Origin: an uncultured delta proteobacterium
GTDB lineage: Bacteria; Myxococcota; Myxococcia; Myxococcales; Myxococcaceae
Direction: 5' to 3'
DNA: 64,000 bases
Assembly: GCA_963771175.1 (NCBI GenBank)
Contig: CAVYSY010000032.1
Location: 192,001-256,000 of the forward strand
In this document: piece after piece, positions 53,385-62,934 of the stretch
Layout of the letters: every line of letters starts with the position of its first letter
Numbering within the stretch: the stretch's first letter is position 1
The notes under the pieces: generated by a model
Told to the model about the DNA's origin: nothing
The model's database searches: none
What the model saw: the letters and a program-made list of their open reading frames with translations, nothing else
Position numbers and translations under genes: made by a program

Positions 53385-54119
53385 CTACTTGATCTCCACC
53401 TTCTTGCCGATGGTCTTCTCGGTGGCACCGCCCACCTCGGACACCGGCGCGGGGCTCTCGAGCCCCATCTCCATCTTCATCTGCTTCACCAGGTCCATGG
53501 CCTGGATGCGCTCGGCGTCCTCCTCGATCTGCACCGCCTGGTGGTCCACCGACTCGAGCGCCATCTGCATGCGCGCCTCGTTGACGGCGGCCTTCTCGTT
53601 CACCTTGCGGAGCATCTCGTCGTGGGTGGCGTCGATGCCGGCCACCTGGAAGGACTCCATGGCGTCCGCCACCTTGGACTGCCACTGGGCGCGCCGCGCG
53701 TCGCGGATGGCGTTCATCGCCTCCTGCGTCTTGCGGTCCTTCTCGCGCATGAAGGCCTTCTTCAGGTTCAGCGACTTCTCGTACGCCACCTTGGCCGTCT
53801 CGAGCTGCTGCTCGTTGCGCTCCAGCGCAGCCTTCTCCGTCTGCAGCTTGGTGGCGTACTGGGCCGCCAGATCGTCACGCCCCGCCTGGATGGCCGCCTT
53901 CACCTTGGCCGTCAGCTCGCGGATGTCCTGCTTGTACTTGACGTTCTCCTTCTCCAGGAGCGTCAGGTTCGCCCGCACCATGGCGATGGACTCGTTCATC
54001 TTCGGGACCTGGTCGTTCAGGTCGCGGATGTTCTGCTCGAGGATGAGCTCCGGGTCCTCGATGGAGGAGACAAAGAATCCGAAGAAGCTACGCATTGCCC
54101 TGCTGAACCGTTGCCACAT
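53385..54119 (-). CDS. pspA: PspA/IM30 family protein
   Basis: Amphipathic N-terminal helix, [25 protein letters not shown], coiled coil; strong GGAGGAGG RBS. Confidence 0.9.
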   Translation of the reverse strand: MWQRFSRAMRSFFGFFVSSIEDPELILEQNIRDLNDQVPKMNESIAMVRANLTLLEKENVKYKQDIRELTAKVKAAIQAGRDDLAAQYATKLQTEKAALERNEQQLETAKVAYEKSLNLKKAFMREKDRKTQEAMNAIRDARRAQWQSKVADAMESFQVAGIDATHDEMLRKVNEKAAVNEARMQMALESVDHQAVQIEEDAERIQAMDLVKQMKMEMGLESPAPVSEVGGATEKTIGKKVEIK

Positions 54120-54309
54120 GGCGGCTGACTACCTCCTCCAGGAATGGACCTCGGTGGACCTTACACCATCCCACCGTCTTTCCACGTCATGGCATGCATC
54201 CCGGGTCTACGCACGGTGAACGACGGTGATTGCCAGGTGACTTCCGGGGCCCCGGGGGTTCGCCCGGAGAGCGAACGGGCGAGGCGCCCCTCGTGCCGAA
54301 CCCGGAGCC

Positions 54310-55638
54310 TCAGCGGGCCCGAGCCACGATGCGGGTGGCCTGCTGGCGGGCGTTGGAGGCCACGGAAGCCTCGTCCAGGGTGAGCAGGACCCGGTCCTTG
54401 AGGACGAGCTTCCCGTCAATGAGCACGTGGCGGACGTCGGTGGAGCGGGCCGCGTAGACGAGCGGCGAGAGCACGTCCCGGGGCTCCATCGGGGTGGAAT
54501 GGAGGCCGGAGAGGTCCACCACGGTGATGTCCGCGCGCTTGCCCTCCTCCAGCGAGCCCACCTCCGCCTCCAGGCCCAGCGCCCGCGCCCCGCCCAGGGT
54601 GGCCATCTCCAGCACCCGCTCGGGCGGCATGCCCCGGGGCCCCACCCGCGGCTTGTGCAGCAGCGCCGCCAGCCGCATCTCCTGGAACATGTCCAGGTTG
54701 TTGTTGCACGGGGCCCCGTCCGCCCCGAGGCACACGGTCACCCCGGCATCCAGCAGCTCGGGCACCGGGGCGATGCCCGAGGCCAGCTTGAGGTTGGAGC
54801 CCGGGCAGTGGCACACCACCGTGCGCGTGTCCCGCAGCAGCCGCTGCTCCTCCTCGGAGAGCCACACGCAGTGGGCCAGCGTCACGTGGGGGCCGGTGAA
54901 GCCCACCTCGTGGAAGTACGCCACGTTGTCCCGGCCCACGCGCTCGCGCACCACCTGCACCTCGGTGCGGTTCTCGCTGGCGTGGGTGTGGATGCGCACG
55001 CCCTTCTCCCGGGCCAGGCGCCCCACCTCCTTCATCAGCTTCTCCGTACAGGAGAGGACGAAGCGGGGCGCGAAGGCGTAGCGCAGCCGGCCCCCATGGG
55101 TGCCATGCCAGCGCTCCAGCAGCGCGAGGCTCTCGGCCAGCGAGGCCTCCGTGGACTCGTGCAGGCCCATGGGCACGTCGGGCGCGTCCATCATCGCCTT
55201 GCCGCCGGTGAGCCGGAAGCCGCAGTCCCGGGCGGACTCGAAGACGGCGTCGTAGTGGCGCACCGTGCCCATGTCGAGCGCGCCCGTGGCCCCGGACTGG
55301 ATGAGCTCCGCGAAGGTGAGGTCCGCCGAGGCCCTCATGGAGTCCGCGTCGTGCGCGGCCTCGAAGGGCCAGATGCGCTCGCGCAGCCAGTCCAGCAGCT
55401 CCAGCCCATCGGCACGGTTGCGGAAGAGCGTCTGGCAGGCGTGCAGGTGACCATGGATGAGGCCGGGCATCACCACCTTGCCGGTGACGTCCAGCACGCG
55501 CAGGCCCGCGCCCCGGGTGCGGAGGTTCCGCCCCACCCGGGCGATGCGCCCATCCTGGACGAGAACATCTGCCTCCGCGAGCACCTCGCGCCCGCGGTTC
55601 ATGGTGATGACGGTGCCGTTGGTGAGCAGCAGATCCAC
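54310..55638 (-). CDS. Metal-dependent amidohydrolase (5'-deoxyadenosine / MTA-SAH deaminase family)
   Basis: [46 protein letters not shown]. Confidence 0.85.
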   Translation of the reverse strand: MDLLLTNGTVITMNRGREVLAEADVLVQDGRIARVGRNLRTRGAGLRVLDVTGKVVMPGLIHGHLHACQTLFRNRADGLELLDWLRERIWPFEAAHDADSMRASADLTFAELIQSGATGALDMGTVRHYDAVFESARDCGFRLTGGKAMMDAPDVPMGLHESTEASLAESLALLERWHGTHGGRLRYAFAPRFVLSCTEKLMKEVGRLAREKGVRIHTHASENRTEVQVVRERVGRDNVAYFHEVGFTGPHVTLAHCVWLSEEEQRLLRDTRTVVCHCPGSNLKLASGIAPVPELLDAGVTVCLGADGAPCNNNLDMFQEMRLAALLHKPRVGPRGMPPERVLEMATLGGARALGLEAEVGSLEEGKRADITVVDLSGLHSTPMEPRDVLSPLVYAARSTDVRHVLIDGKLVLKDRVLLTLDEASVASNARQQATRIVARAR

Positions 55639-55661
55639 GCTTCGTCCCGGGGTGTAGAGGC

Positions 55662-56066
55662 TCAGAGGAAGTCGCTCGTGAAGGCGTGGGGCAGCAGCTC
55701 CCCGAGGGTGTAGCGCGCCTCATCGCCCTTCAGGTTGCGGCTGCGCACGGGCAGCTCCTTCGGGGCGAACTCCATCATCACCTGACGGCACATGCCGCAC
55801 GGCGGGCAGGGGGTGGGCGTGTCCACCACGATGGCCACCGCCACCGGCTTGCCACGGCCCTGCGCCACTCCGGCCGCGAACGCACTGCGCTCGGCGCACA
55901 CGGACAGCCCGTAGGAGGAGTTCTCCACGTTGCAGCCCGTCACCACCGAACCATCCGCGTAGAGCACCGCCGCGCCCACGGGGAAGCGCGAATAGGGCGC
56001 GTGCGCGCGCTCGCGCACCTGCGTGGCCAGCTCGAACAACTTCTCCCAGGGAAGGTCCGCGCTCAT
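55662..56066 (-). CDS. cdd: Cytidine deaminase
   Basis: APYSRFPVGAA, GCNVEN, CAERSA, PCGMCRQ. Confidence 0.96.
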   Translation of the reverse strand: MSADLPWEKLFELATQVRERAHAPYSRFPVGAAVLYADGSVVTGCNVENSSYGLSVCAERSAFAAGVAQGRGKPVAVAIVVDTPTPCPPCGMCRQVMMEFAPKELPVRSRNLKGDEARYTLGELLPHAFTSDFL

Positions 56067-56443
56067 GCCCCACCTCCCGACTGGGACTCCGCCAGCTCGA
56101 GGTCATCGAGGTAGCGGGCGATGCTCATCTCCGCCTCCACCGGCAGCTCCAGGAAGCGCACGTGCGAGGACGACCCGCGCGAGCCATGCCCCACGTGGAG
56201 CACCTCGCCACGGGCCTGGATCTCCTCGCTGGAGCCGGGCAGGAGGATGCGCACCTCCACCTTCGTCCCCACCGACAGGGCCGCGCCGTACCAGGCGAAG
56301 CCCCCGAGCGAGAGATTGCCCTCCCGGGGCTCGAAGGTGTCCGAGGTGCCCGCACGCCGCACGCTCAAGCGCATCGCCACCCGGGGGGAGTCGCGCCGGT
56401 CATTCCCAGGCTGCTGGCCGTTATCCTTGGACTGCTCGCTCAT
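56063..56443 (-). CDS. Single-domain PilZ protein
   Basis: RRDSPR (RxxxR) and NLSLGG (D/NxSxxG) motifs. Confidence 0.85.
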   Translation of the reverse strand: MSEQSKDNGQQPGNDRRDSPRVAMRLSVRRAGTSDTFEPREGNLSLGGFAWYGAALSVGTKVEVRILLPGSSEEIQARGEVLHVGHGSRGSSSHVRFLELPVEAEMSIARYLDDLELAESQSGGGA

Positions 56444-57285
56444 GCCTTGCTCGCTCCCGCACGGGCTACCGTGGGCAGGAAGTCCTCGAGGAGTTGGGTG
56501 AAGAGGCCCTTCACCCGGTGGGCGGTCTCCGCCACTTCCTCATGTGTCAGGGGCTTGTTGCCAATGCCCGCCGCCAGATTGGTGATGCAGCTCACTCCCG
56601 CCACGCGCACGCCCATGTGGTTGGCGGCGATGACCTCGGGCACGGTGCTCATGCCCACCGCGTCCGCGCCCATCAGGCGCAGCATGCGAATCTCGGCCGG
56701 CGTCTCGTAGGACGGGCCAGAGAGGATGGCGTAGACCCCCTGCTTGAGCGCCACGCCGGTGCGCGTCCCCGACTCCAGGAGCTGCGCCCGCAGGGCCGCC
56801 GGATAGGCCGTGGTCATGTCCGGGAAGCGAGGTCCCAGCCGCTCGTCGTTGGGCCCGCTCAGCGGGTTGTACCCCGAGAGATTCAGGTGGTCGGTGATGA
56901 CCATCAGGTCGCCTGACTGGAAGTCCAGGTTCACACCGCCCGCGGCGTTGGTCACCACCAGGGTGTGGATTCCGAGCGCGCACAGCACCCGGGCGGGGAA
57001 GGCCACCTGGGCCGGGGTGTAGCCCTCGTAGGCATGGACGCGGCCCTGCATGGCCACCACCGGCTCGCCTCGCACGCGGCCCAGCACCAGCCGGCCCGCA
57101 TGGCCCGGCACCGACGAGTGGGGAAAGTGGGGCAGCTCCGAGTACGGAACGACCACCTTGTCCTCGAAGCCGTCGGCGAAATCGCCCAGCCCGCTCCCGA
57201 GGATGATCCCCACCTTCGGCGAGATACCGCCCGCACGGGCTCGGATGGCCAGCGCTGTCTCATGCACCTGTTCGTAGAGCCCCAT
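56440..57285 (-). CDS. punA: Purine-nucleoside phosphorylase (trimeric type)
   Basis: GIILGSGLG, VPGHAG, QGRVHAYEG, TNAAGG, GPSYETPAE, GADAVGMSTVPE. Confidence 0.95.
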   Translation of the reverse strand: MGLYEQVHETALAIRARAGGISPKVGIILGSGLGDFADGFEDKVVVPYSELPHFPHSSVPGHAGRLVLGRVRGEPVVAMQGRVHAYEGYTPAQVAFPARVLCALGIHTLVVTNAAGGVNLDFQSGDLMVITDHLNLSGYNPLSGPNDERLGPRFPDMTTAYPAALRAQLLESGTRTGVALKQGVYAILSGPSYETPAEIRMLRLMGADAVGMSTVPEVIAANHMGVRVAGVSCITNLAAGIGNKPLTHEEVAETAHRVKGLFTQLLEDFLPTVARAGASKA

Positions 57286-57514
57286 CGTCCGCCCCATCAT
57301 ACCCACACCCGCGCGCTCCGCACGGACTCACGATGGGCGAAATGACATCGCTGAACACACGACACCTCCCAGGCGCGCCCCAGAGCCTCGCCAGGGGAGC
57401 CGTGCCTCACCGGGGCTTGCGCCCCCGGGCCTCTCTTCCAAGGAGACGATGACCGGAAGCCCGCGACATGGCGCCGGCGCGCCACGGAGTTGGAGCAGCG
57501 GGAGCCGAGCGGCG

Positions 57515-57548
57515 ACTCCAGCCGGCTCGGCCCTCAACATCGAGGCGC
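57515..57548 (-). repeat. Degenerate copy of the pdp 3' end
   Basis: actccagccg-N15-tcgaggcgc occurs with identical spacing at 57515..57548 and 60025..60058. Confidence 0.6.
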
Positions 57549-57665
57549 ACGGGAGGAACTGGAGTCCCCCTTCTTAGGAACATCCACGCTCGTGCTCAAA
57601 TGCGGTGCCCATGTGTCGGACACATCGCGGCGGCGGAGGGCGTGATGCGGAAAGCCGGGAGGGAA

Positions 57666-59375
57666 ATGACACGCAGTGGATGCTGGTACTTGCTGACGGT
57701 GAGCCTGGCGGTACTGGTGGTGCAGGGATGCGCCACGGTCCGGGAAGAGCATGGAAGCGCACTCTTCCTGCGCCGTGGGACGTTGACAGCGGAAGAGTCA
57801 CCCCATCCCATCATTCGCCATGACACCACGCCACCAATTGACCCCCGGGAGACGCTGGGCGAGGCACGCCGAGCCGAGGTCGAGTGGGCGCTGGCGCACA
57901 TGTGGGGGCTGGCCAGCAGTGAAGAGCAGGTGGGCACGAGCCTGAAACTCACCTTCTGGGCCGAGGGTGGAGCACTCACCCTATTGTCCTGGCGACGTAC
58001 CGCGACCGGAGAGGAAGAGGGCCAGCCAACGAACAGGGAGGTCTTCGCAGACAGCCTGCGCGGACTGCTCGCCCAACTCACCGAGCGGCGAACCGGCGCA
58101 CTCTCCTTCACTCTGCACCGGGAGCGGAGCCGCTGGCGGGTGGATTACGAGGCGGCCACGGTCGAGAGGCCATCGGAGGCGAGACCTCAACCGATGCGGC
58201 GCACGGGCTACCCGGCCGAGACACTCCCTGTAATCCATACCGTGGCCAGGAAGTTGACACGTTTCCTCCAGGTGCCCTCGGGCGCATCCGCTCGCCTGAC
58301 CGTGGACGTGGCGTTGGAGGACGACCGCATCACCAACTCGGAACCTGGACCCTACTCCGCCACAGCCGGAGGCACGGCACGGCCCGCGGCCGCTCAGGCG
58401 GTCGAGACCTTTTCCCTGGCCCTGCTGCCCTTCACTCGTGGACTGGGCTCGCGCATCGTGCGCTTGGAGTTGGTCGGCACACACGAAGGGTCGGACAACA
58501 CCGCACGCTGGCGGGTAGCGAGCGTGGAGACGCTGCGACCGGAACCATCAGATGAGGCAGTCGAGGACGTACTGCGCGAGTACCGACATCTGCACGCGGA
58601 AATCTTCCGCCGCTACCGCGAGGAGATGGAGGACACCGTGGTGCTGGCGGGCGCCTTCACCCTGGAGCAGGTGGCATTGACGGTCATCGGAGGCCTGATA
58701 GGCAAAGGGTTGCACATGGCCTTCGAGGCCGCCGCCCCCACGCTCATGAGAATGTTCTCTCGGGGAGGAACGGAGGCGGTGCGGTGGTTCCGCACGCAAC
58801 TCGTCCGAGCAGGGCGTACGGATCAAGAGTTGCTACGGAAGCTGTGGATGAAGGTGGAGACGGAGGGATTCGAAGCGCTCTCCGTCACCGAGCGTCAGGA
58901 GCTCACGGCACTTCTGCGGCGTATGGAGCACACACTCACGAAGCAACTGAGCCCGGGTGAAATCAAGCAGCTCAGGAAATATGCACGTGAGGATTACTTC
59001 CAGAAGTTCCACCCGGACTTCGCTGAGACACTGGGGAAGGAACTGGTGAACCTGTATGAGGTCCATCATCGAGCGCCCATGGAATTCGCCCACTTGTTTC
59101 CCATGCTCGACATCAACGGCAGAGCCAATCTCGCGGGCGTCGCCAGACCCGTACATCAGAGCATCAACAAGGTGTGGAACGCGTTCCGTCCCCCACCCGG
59201 CACCAGAGTCACGACCGAACAGGTCGAGCAGATGGTAGGCATCGTCGATCGGCATTTCGCCCGCTGGTACGACAAAATGTACGACGCCGGCATGTACGAG
59301 ACGCTCGATGCAGCCGAGCGAGCAGCCCTCGCTGAAGTCTCGGAGCTGCTTACCCGACTGGGGAGAGGAAGGTAG
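57666..59375 (+). CDS. Polymorphic lipoprotein toxin with C-terminal HNH-like nuclease
   Basis: Lipobox VQGC; C-terminal EVHH...DIN...NL...VHQSINKVW; followed after 2 bp by a SUKH-like gene. Confidence 0.7.
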   Translation: MTRSGCWYLLTVSLAVLVVQGCATVREEHGSALFLRRGTLTAEESPHPIIRHDTTPPIDPRETLGEARRAEVEWALAHMWGLASSEEQVGTSLKLTFWAEGGALTLLSWRRTATGEEEGQPTNREVFADSLRGLLAQLTERRTGALSFTLHRERSRWRVDYEAATVERPSEARPQPMRRTGYPAETLPVIHTVARKLTRFLQVPSGASARLTVDVALEDDRITNSEPGPYSATAGGTARPAAAQAVETFSLALLPFTRGLGSRIVRLELVGTHEGSDNTARWRVASVETLRPEPSDEAVEDVLREYRHLHAEIFRRYREEMEDTVVLAGAFTLEQVALTVIGGLIGKGLHMAFEAAAPTLMRMFSRGGTEAVRWFRTQLVRAGRTDQELLRKLWMKVETEGFEALSVTERQELTALLRRMEHTLTKQLSPGEIKQLRKYAREDYFQKFHPDFAETLGKELVNLYEVHHRAPMEFAHLFPMLDINGRANLAGVARPVHQSINKVWNAFRPPPGTRVTTEQVEQMVGIVDRHFARWYDKMYDAGMYETLDAAERAALAEVSELLTRLGRGR

Positions 59376-59377
59376 GA

Positions 59378-60022
59378 ATGAACGCCGACGTTCCATTGCC
59401 CGGCCTGTCGCGCCTGCTCCAGGTGTGCCGGAAGCACGGTTTTTCACTGGAGCTCTCTCCCCCGGAGACATCCGCACCATCTGCGGGAGAACCATTCCTG
59501 GGCGCACCTTTCGACCCGATGCTCGCCGCCACCTATGCGCACCTGGGAGGGGGAGTGCTGGGGGACTTCGTCCTCTACAAGCCCGGCCCACAGGAGTACG
59601 GCCTCGCCAGAACGAACGAAGGGATGCGTCGGGACGACGTAGAGCCATTCCGTTCGTCGCTCATCTTCGGGCAGGAGCCCAGCCTCGCCTACTACTACGC
59701 CACCGTCCCCAAGCTGGCGGATGCCCAGGGCACCCAGCCGGTCATCTACATCGACACTCATGACCAGATGTTCGTCCTGCCCGTCGCATCCAGCGTCGAT
59801 CGCTTCTTCGATGTCCTCTCGAGGTATCTCGAAGCCGTGGCGGTAGACCCACAGTACGTGGAGGAGAGCCACTCCAGCCGCTCATTTCCGTGGGACGTCC
59901 CCGAGCTCATCGCGCGGGACGAGCCCCTGGTCCAGATGGTGGAGGCCCACCGCTTCGACTTCCTGCTGAAGGATGACGAGCACACCCGGGGATGGCTCGC
60001 CCGGGTGCGTCATGCCAAGTAA
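59378..60022 (+). CDS. Putative immunity protein (SMI1/KNR4-SUKH-like)
   Basis: DPMLAATY...GG, LIFG, YYYATVP...QPVIYID, PVASSVDRFF; tight coupling to the toxin. Confidence 0.65.
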   Translation: MNADVPLPGLSRLLQVCRKHGFSLELSPPETSAPSAGEPFLGAPFDPMLAATYAHLGGGVLGDFVLYKPGPQEYGLARTNEGMRRDDVEPFRSSLIFGQEPSLAYYYATVPKLADAQGTQPVIYIDTHDQMFVLPVASSVDRFFDVLSRYLEAVAVDPQYVEESHSSRSFPWDVPELIARDEPLVQMVEAHRFDFLLKDDEHTRGWLARVRHAK

Positions 60023-61327
60023 CTACTCCAGCCGCTCCACCACCAGCGGTCGAGGCGCGGGGGCCTCGGGCCCGTAGTGGTACGACGCGAGCAGTCGAGC
60101 CTTCACCTCCTCCACGGGAGCCGGGTCGTTGTAGTGCACTCGAACCACCGGCTCCCCCGCCTTCACGGGCTCGCCCACCTTTCGCAGCAGGGTGAAGCCC
60201 ACGGCCGGGTCGATGGGGCTGTCCACCCGCTGGCGTCCCGCCCCCAGCGCCACCGCCGCCAGGCCCACGCCCTCCGTGTCGATGGCGGTGACGAAGCCGT
60301 CCTGCGTCGCCACCACGTCCATCGAGGAGCTCGCCCTCGGCAGCAGCCCGTAGTCGTCGATGGCCCGCGGGTCTCCGCCCTGCGCCCAGACGATCTCCTT
60401 CAGCTTGCGCACCGCGCTGCCGTCCTCCACCGCCTTCTGCAGCTTCTGACGCGCCTCGGCGATGGAGGCCGCCTTGCCGCCCAGCACCAGCATCTCCGCG
60501 GTGAGGGCCAGCGTCACCTCGGTGTAGTCCGCCGGAGCCTTGCCGCGCAGCATCTCCACGGCCTCGATGATCTCCAGCGCGTTGCCCACCGATCGGCCCA
60601 GCGGCTGGTCCATGTCCGTGAGGAGCGCCGTCACCTTGCGGCCCATCTCCGCGCCGATGCCAATCATCGTGCGGGCCAGCAGACGCGCGTCCTCCACCTT
60701 CTTCATGAAGGCGCCGCTGCCCACCTTCACGTCCAGCACCAGCGCGTCGATGCCCTCCGCCAGCTTCTTGCTCATGATGGAGCTGGCGATGAGCGGAATG
60801 CAGTCCACCGTGGCCGTCACGTCCCGCAGCGCGTAGAGCTTCTTGTCCGCGGGGGCGATGGCGGCCGTCTGGCCGATGAGGCAGCAGCCCACCTCGCGCA
60901 CCAGCCGGCGGTACTCGGGCACCGGCACGTCCATCTTGAAGCCGGGGATGGACTGCAGCTTGTCCACCGTCCCTCCGGTGTGCCCCAGGCCCCGGCCCGA
61001 AATCATCGGCACCGGCACCCCGCAGGCGGCCGCCAGGGGCGCCAGACTCACCGACACCTTGTCCCCCACCCCACCCGTGGAGTGCTTGTCCACCTTCACG
61101 CCGGGTGTTTCCGACAGGTCCACCACCTCGCCGGACTCGAGCATCGCCCGCGTCCAGGCGCCCAGCTCCACCGCGTCCATCCCTCGGAAGAAGACCGCCA
61201 TGCAGAGGGCGGACATCTGGTAATCCGGCACCGTCCCCGCCGTATACGCCTCGATGAACGCCCGGATGTCCTCGGGCGCCAGCCGCTTCCCGTCCCGCTT
61301 CGCCTTGATGAGCTCGTAGGGTCTCAC
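60023..61327 (-). CDS. pdp: Thymidine / pyrimidine-nucleoside phosphorylase
   Basis: DKHSTGGVGDK, SGRGLGHTGGT, YALRDVTATV, SIMSKKLAEG, LGAGR. Confidence 0.95.
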   Translation of the reverse strand: MRPYELIKAKRDGKRLAPEDIRAFIEAYTAGTVPDYQMSALCMAVFFRGMDAVELGAWTRAMLESGEVVDLSETPGVKVDKHSTGGVGDKVSVSLAPLAAACGVPVPMISGRGLGHTGGTVDKLQSIPGFKMDVPVPEYRRLVREVGCCLIGQTAAIAPADKKLYALRDVTATVDCIPLIASSIMSKKLAEGIDALVLDVKVGSGAFMKKVEDARLLARTMIGIGAEMGRKVTALLTDMDQPLGRSVGNALEIIEAVEMLRGKAPADYTEVTLALTAEMLVLGGKAASIAEARQKLQKAVEDGSAVRKLKEIVWAQGGDPRAIDDYGLLPRASSSMDVVATQDGFVTAIDTEGVGLAAVALGAGRQRVDSPIDPAVGFTLLRKVGEPVKAGEPVVRVHYNDPAPVEEVKARLLASYHYGPEAPAPRPLVVERLE

Positions 61328-61413
61328 GAGGACAGCCCATATCAGGAGGGAGGGCGGGCATGCACCGGGAGAGTAGTCGTCATCCGCCCCTCATCTGATA
61401 AAGGAGGACTGTC

Positions 61414-62934
61414 TTGATCTCCCTCCGGCACATCCACAAGCGCTTCGGCGCCGTGACCGCCCTGGACGACGTATCGCTGGACATCGGCACCGGGGAAGTC
61501 ATCGCCCTCGTGGGCGAGAACGGCGCCGGGAAGTCCACCCTGATGAACGTCCTCTACGGGCTCTACCAGGCCGACGCCGGAGAGGTGGTCGTCCAGGGCC
61601 AGCCCGTGCGCCTGCGCAGCCCCAAGGACGCCATCGCCCGGGGCATCGGCATGGTGCACCAGCACTTCATGCTCGTCCCCACCCTGACGGTGGCGGAGAA
61701 CGTGGTGCTCGGCCGCGAGCCCTCGCGCTGGGGCCGGATGGACCTGGACCGGGCGTGCGAGGAGGTGGCCGCCACCTGCGAGCGCTTCGGCTTCAAGCTG
61801 GACCCGCGCGCCCGGGTGGACACCCTCTCGGTGGGCTCGCAGCAGAAGGTGGAAATCGTCAAGGCGCTCCACCGGGGCGCCCAGGTGCTCATCCTCGACG
61901 AGCCCACCGCCGTGCTCACCCCGCAGGAGGCGGATGACCTCTTCCGGGTGGCACGCGAGCTGGCGGCCGGCGGGCGCACGGTGGTCTTCATCAGCCACAA
62001 GCTGCGCGAGGTGCTGAGCGTGGCCGAGCGGGTGGCGGTGATGAGGCGCGGGCGGCTGGTGGCCGAGGTGCGCGCCGCCAACACCCGCCCCGAGGCCCTG
62101 GCCGCGTTGATGGTGGGCGAGTCGCGCGTCCCCCACGCCGAGGCCCAGGCGTACCACCCCCCCGGGGGCGAGAAGCTGCTGGAGGCGAAGGACCTCCGGG
62201 CGCGAGGAGCGGACGGTCGGCCCGCGCTGCGCGGAGTCTCCCTGGAGGTCCACGCGGGCGAAATCGTGGGCATCGCCGGAGTGGACGGAAACGGCCAGCG
62301 GGAGCTCGCCGAGGTGCTCACGGGCCTGCGCACGCTGGACGGTGGAGGCGGCTCCCTGCTGGGTGCGCCGCTCGTGGACCTGACACCCGCCGAGGCCCGG
62401 CAACGCGGCGTGGGCCACGTGCCCGAGGACCGGCTGTTGCGCGCGGTGGTGAAGGCCATGAGCGTGGAGGAGAACGTGGCCCTGGGGAGGCAGGCGCAGG
62501 CGCCCTTCGCCAAGGGCGCGCGGGTGGATTTCGAGGGCCGACGCGAGCGCACCCGGGCGCTGCTCCAGGCCTATGACGTGCGGCCGCCGGACCCCGAGGT
62601 GCCGCTGCAGGTGCTCTCGGGCGGCAACCAGCAGAAGGTGGTGGTGGCGCGCGAGCTGGACGCGGCGCCGAAGCTGCTGGTGGTGGTGCAGCCCACGCGC
62701 GGCCTGGACATCGGCGCGGTGGCGCAGGTGCAGTCCAAGCTGCGCGAGGCGCGCGACCGGGGCGCCGGAGTACTGCTCGTCTCGTTGGACCTGGAGGAAG
62801 TCCTGGCGCTGGCCGATCGCATCTATGTCTTCTTCGAGGGGCGCATCACCGGAACCTTCACCCGGCCGGAGTTCGACGAGCGGGAGATCGGCTGTCGGAT
62901 GCTCGGCTCGGGGAAGGAGGTGGCCCATGGGTGA
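61414..62934 (+). CDS. Nucleoside/sugar ABC transporter ATP-binding protein (two NBDs)
   Basis: GENGAGKST, GMVHQHF, LDEPT, GVDGNGQ, LSGGNQQK, QPTRGLD; AAGGAGG RBS. Confidence 0.93.
   Translation: MISLRHIHKRFGAVTALDDVSLDIGTGEVIALVGENGAGKSTLMNVLYGLYQADAGEVVVQGQPVRLRSPKDAIARGIGMVHQHFMLVPTLTVAENVVLGREPSRWGRMDLDRACEEVAATCERFGFKLDPRARVDTLSVGSQQKVEIVKALHRGAQVLILDEPTAVLTPQEADDLFRVARELAAGGRTVVFISHKLREVLSVAERVAVMRRGRLVAEVRAANTRPEALAALMVGESRVPHAEAQAYHPPGGEKLLEAKDLRARGADGRPALRGVSLEVHAGEIVGIAGVDGNGQRELAEVLTGLRTLDGGGGSLLGAPLVDLTPAEARQRGVGHVPEDRLLRAVVKAMSVEENVALGRQAQAPFAKGARVDFEGRRERTRALLQAYDVRPPDPEVPLQVLSGGNQQKVVVARELDAAPKLLVVVQPTRGLDIGAVAQVQSKLREARDRGAGVLLVSLDLEEVLALADRIYVFFEGRITGTFTRPEFDEREIGCRMLGSGKEVAHG

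Noticed and set aside
54244..54276. Palindrome ccggggccccgg and hairpin gttcgc/gcgaac between the deaminase and pspA
   Set aside because: Short GC-rich stems with no U-tract. I cannot distinguish them from background, and I found no sigma-54 motif for pspA.
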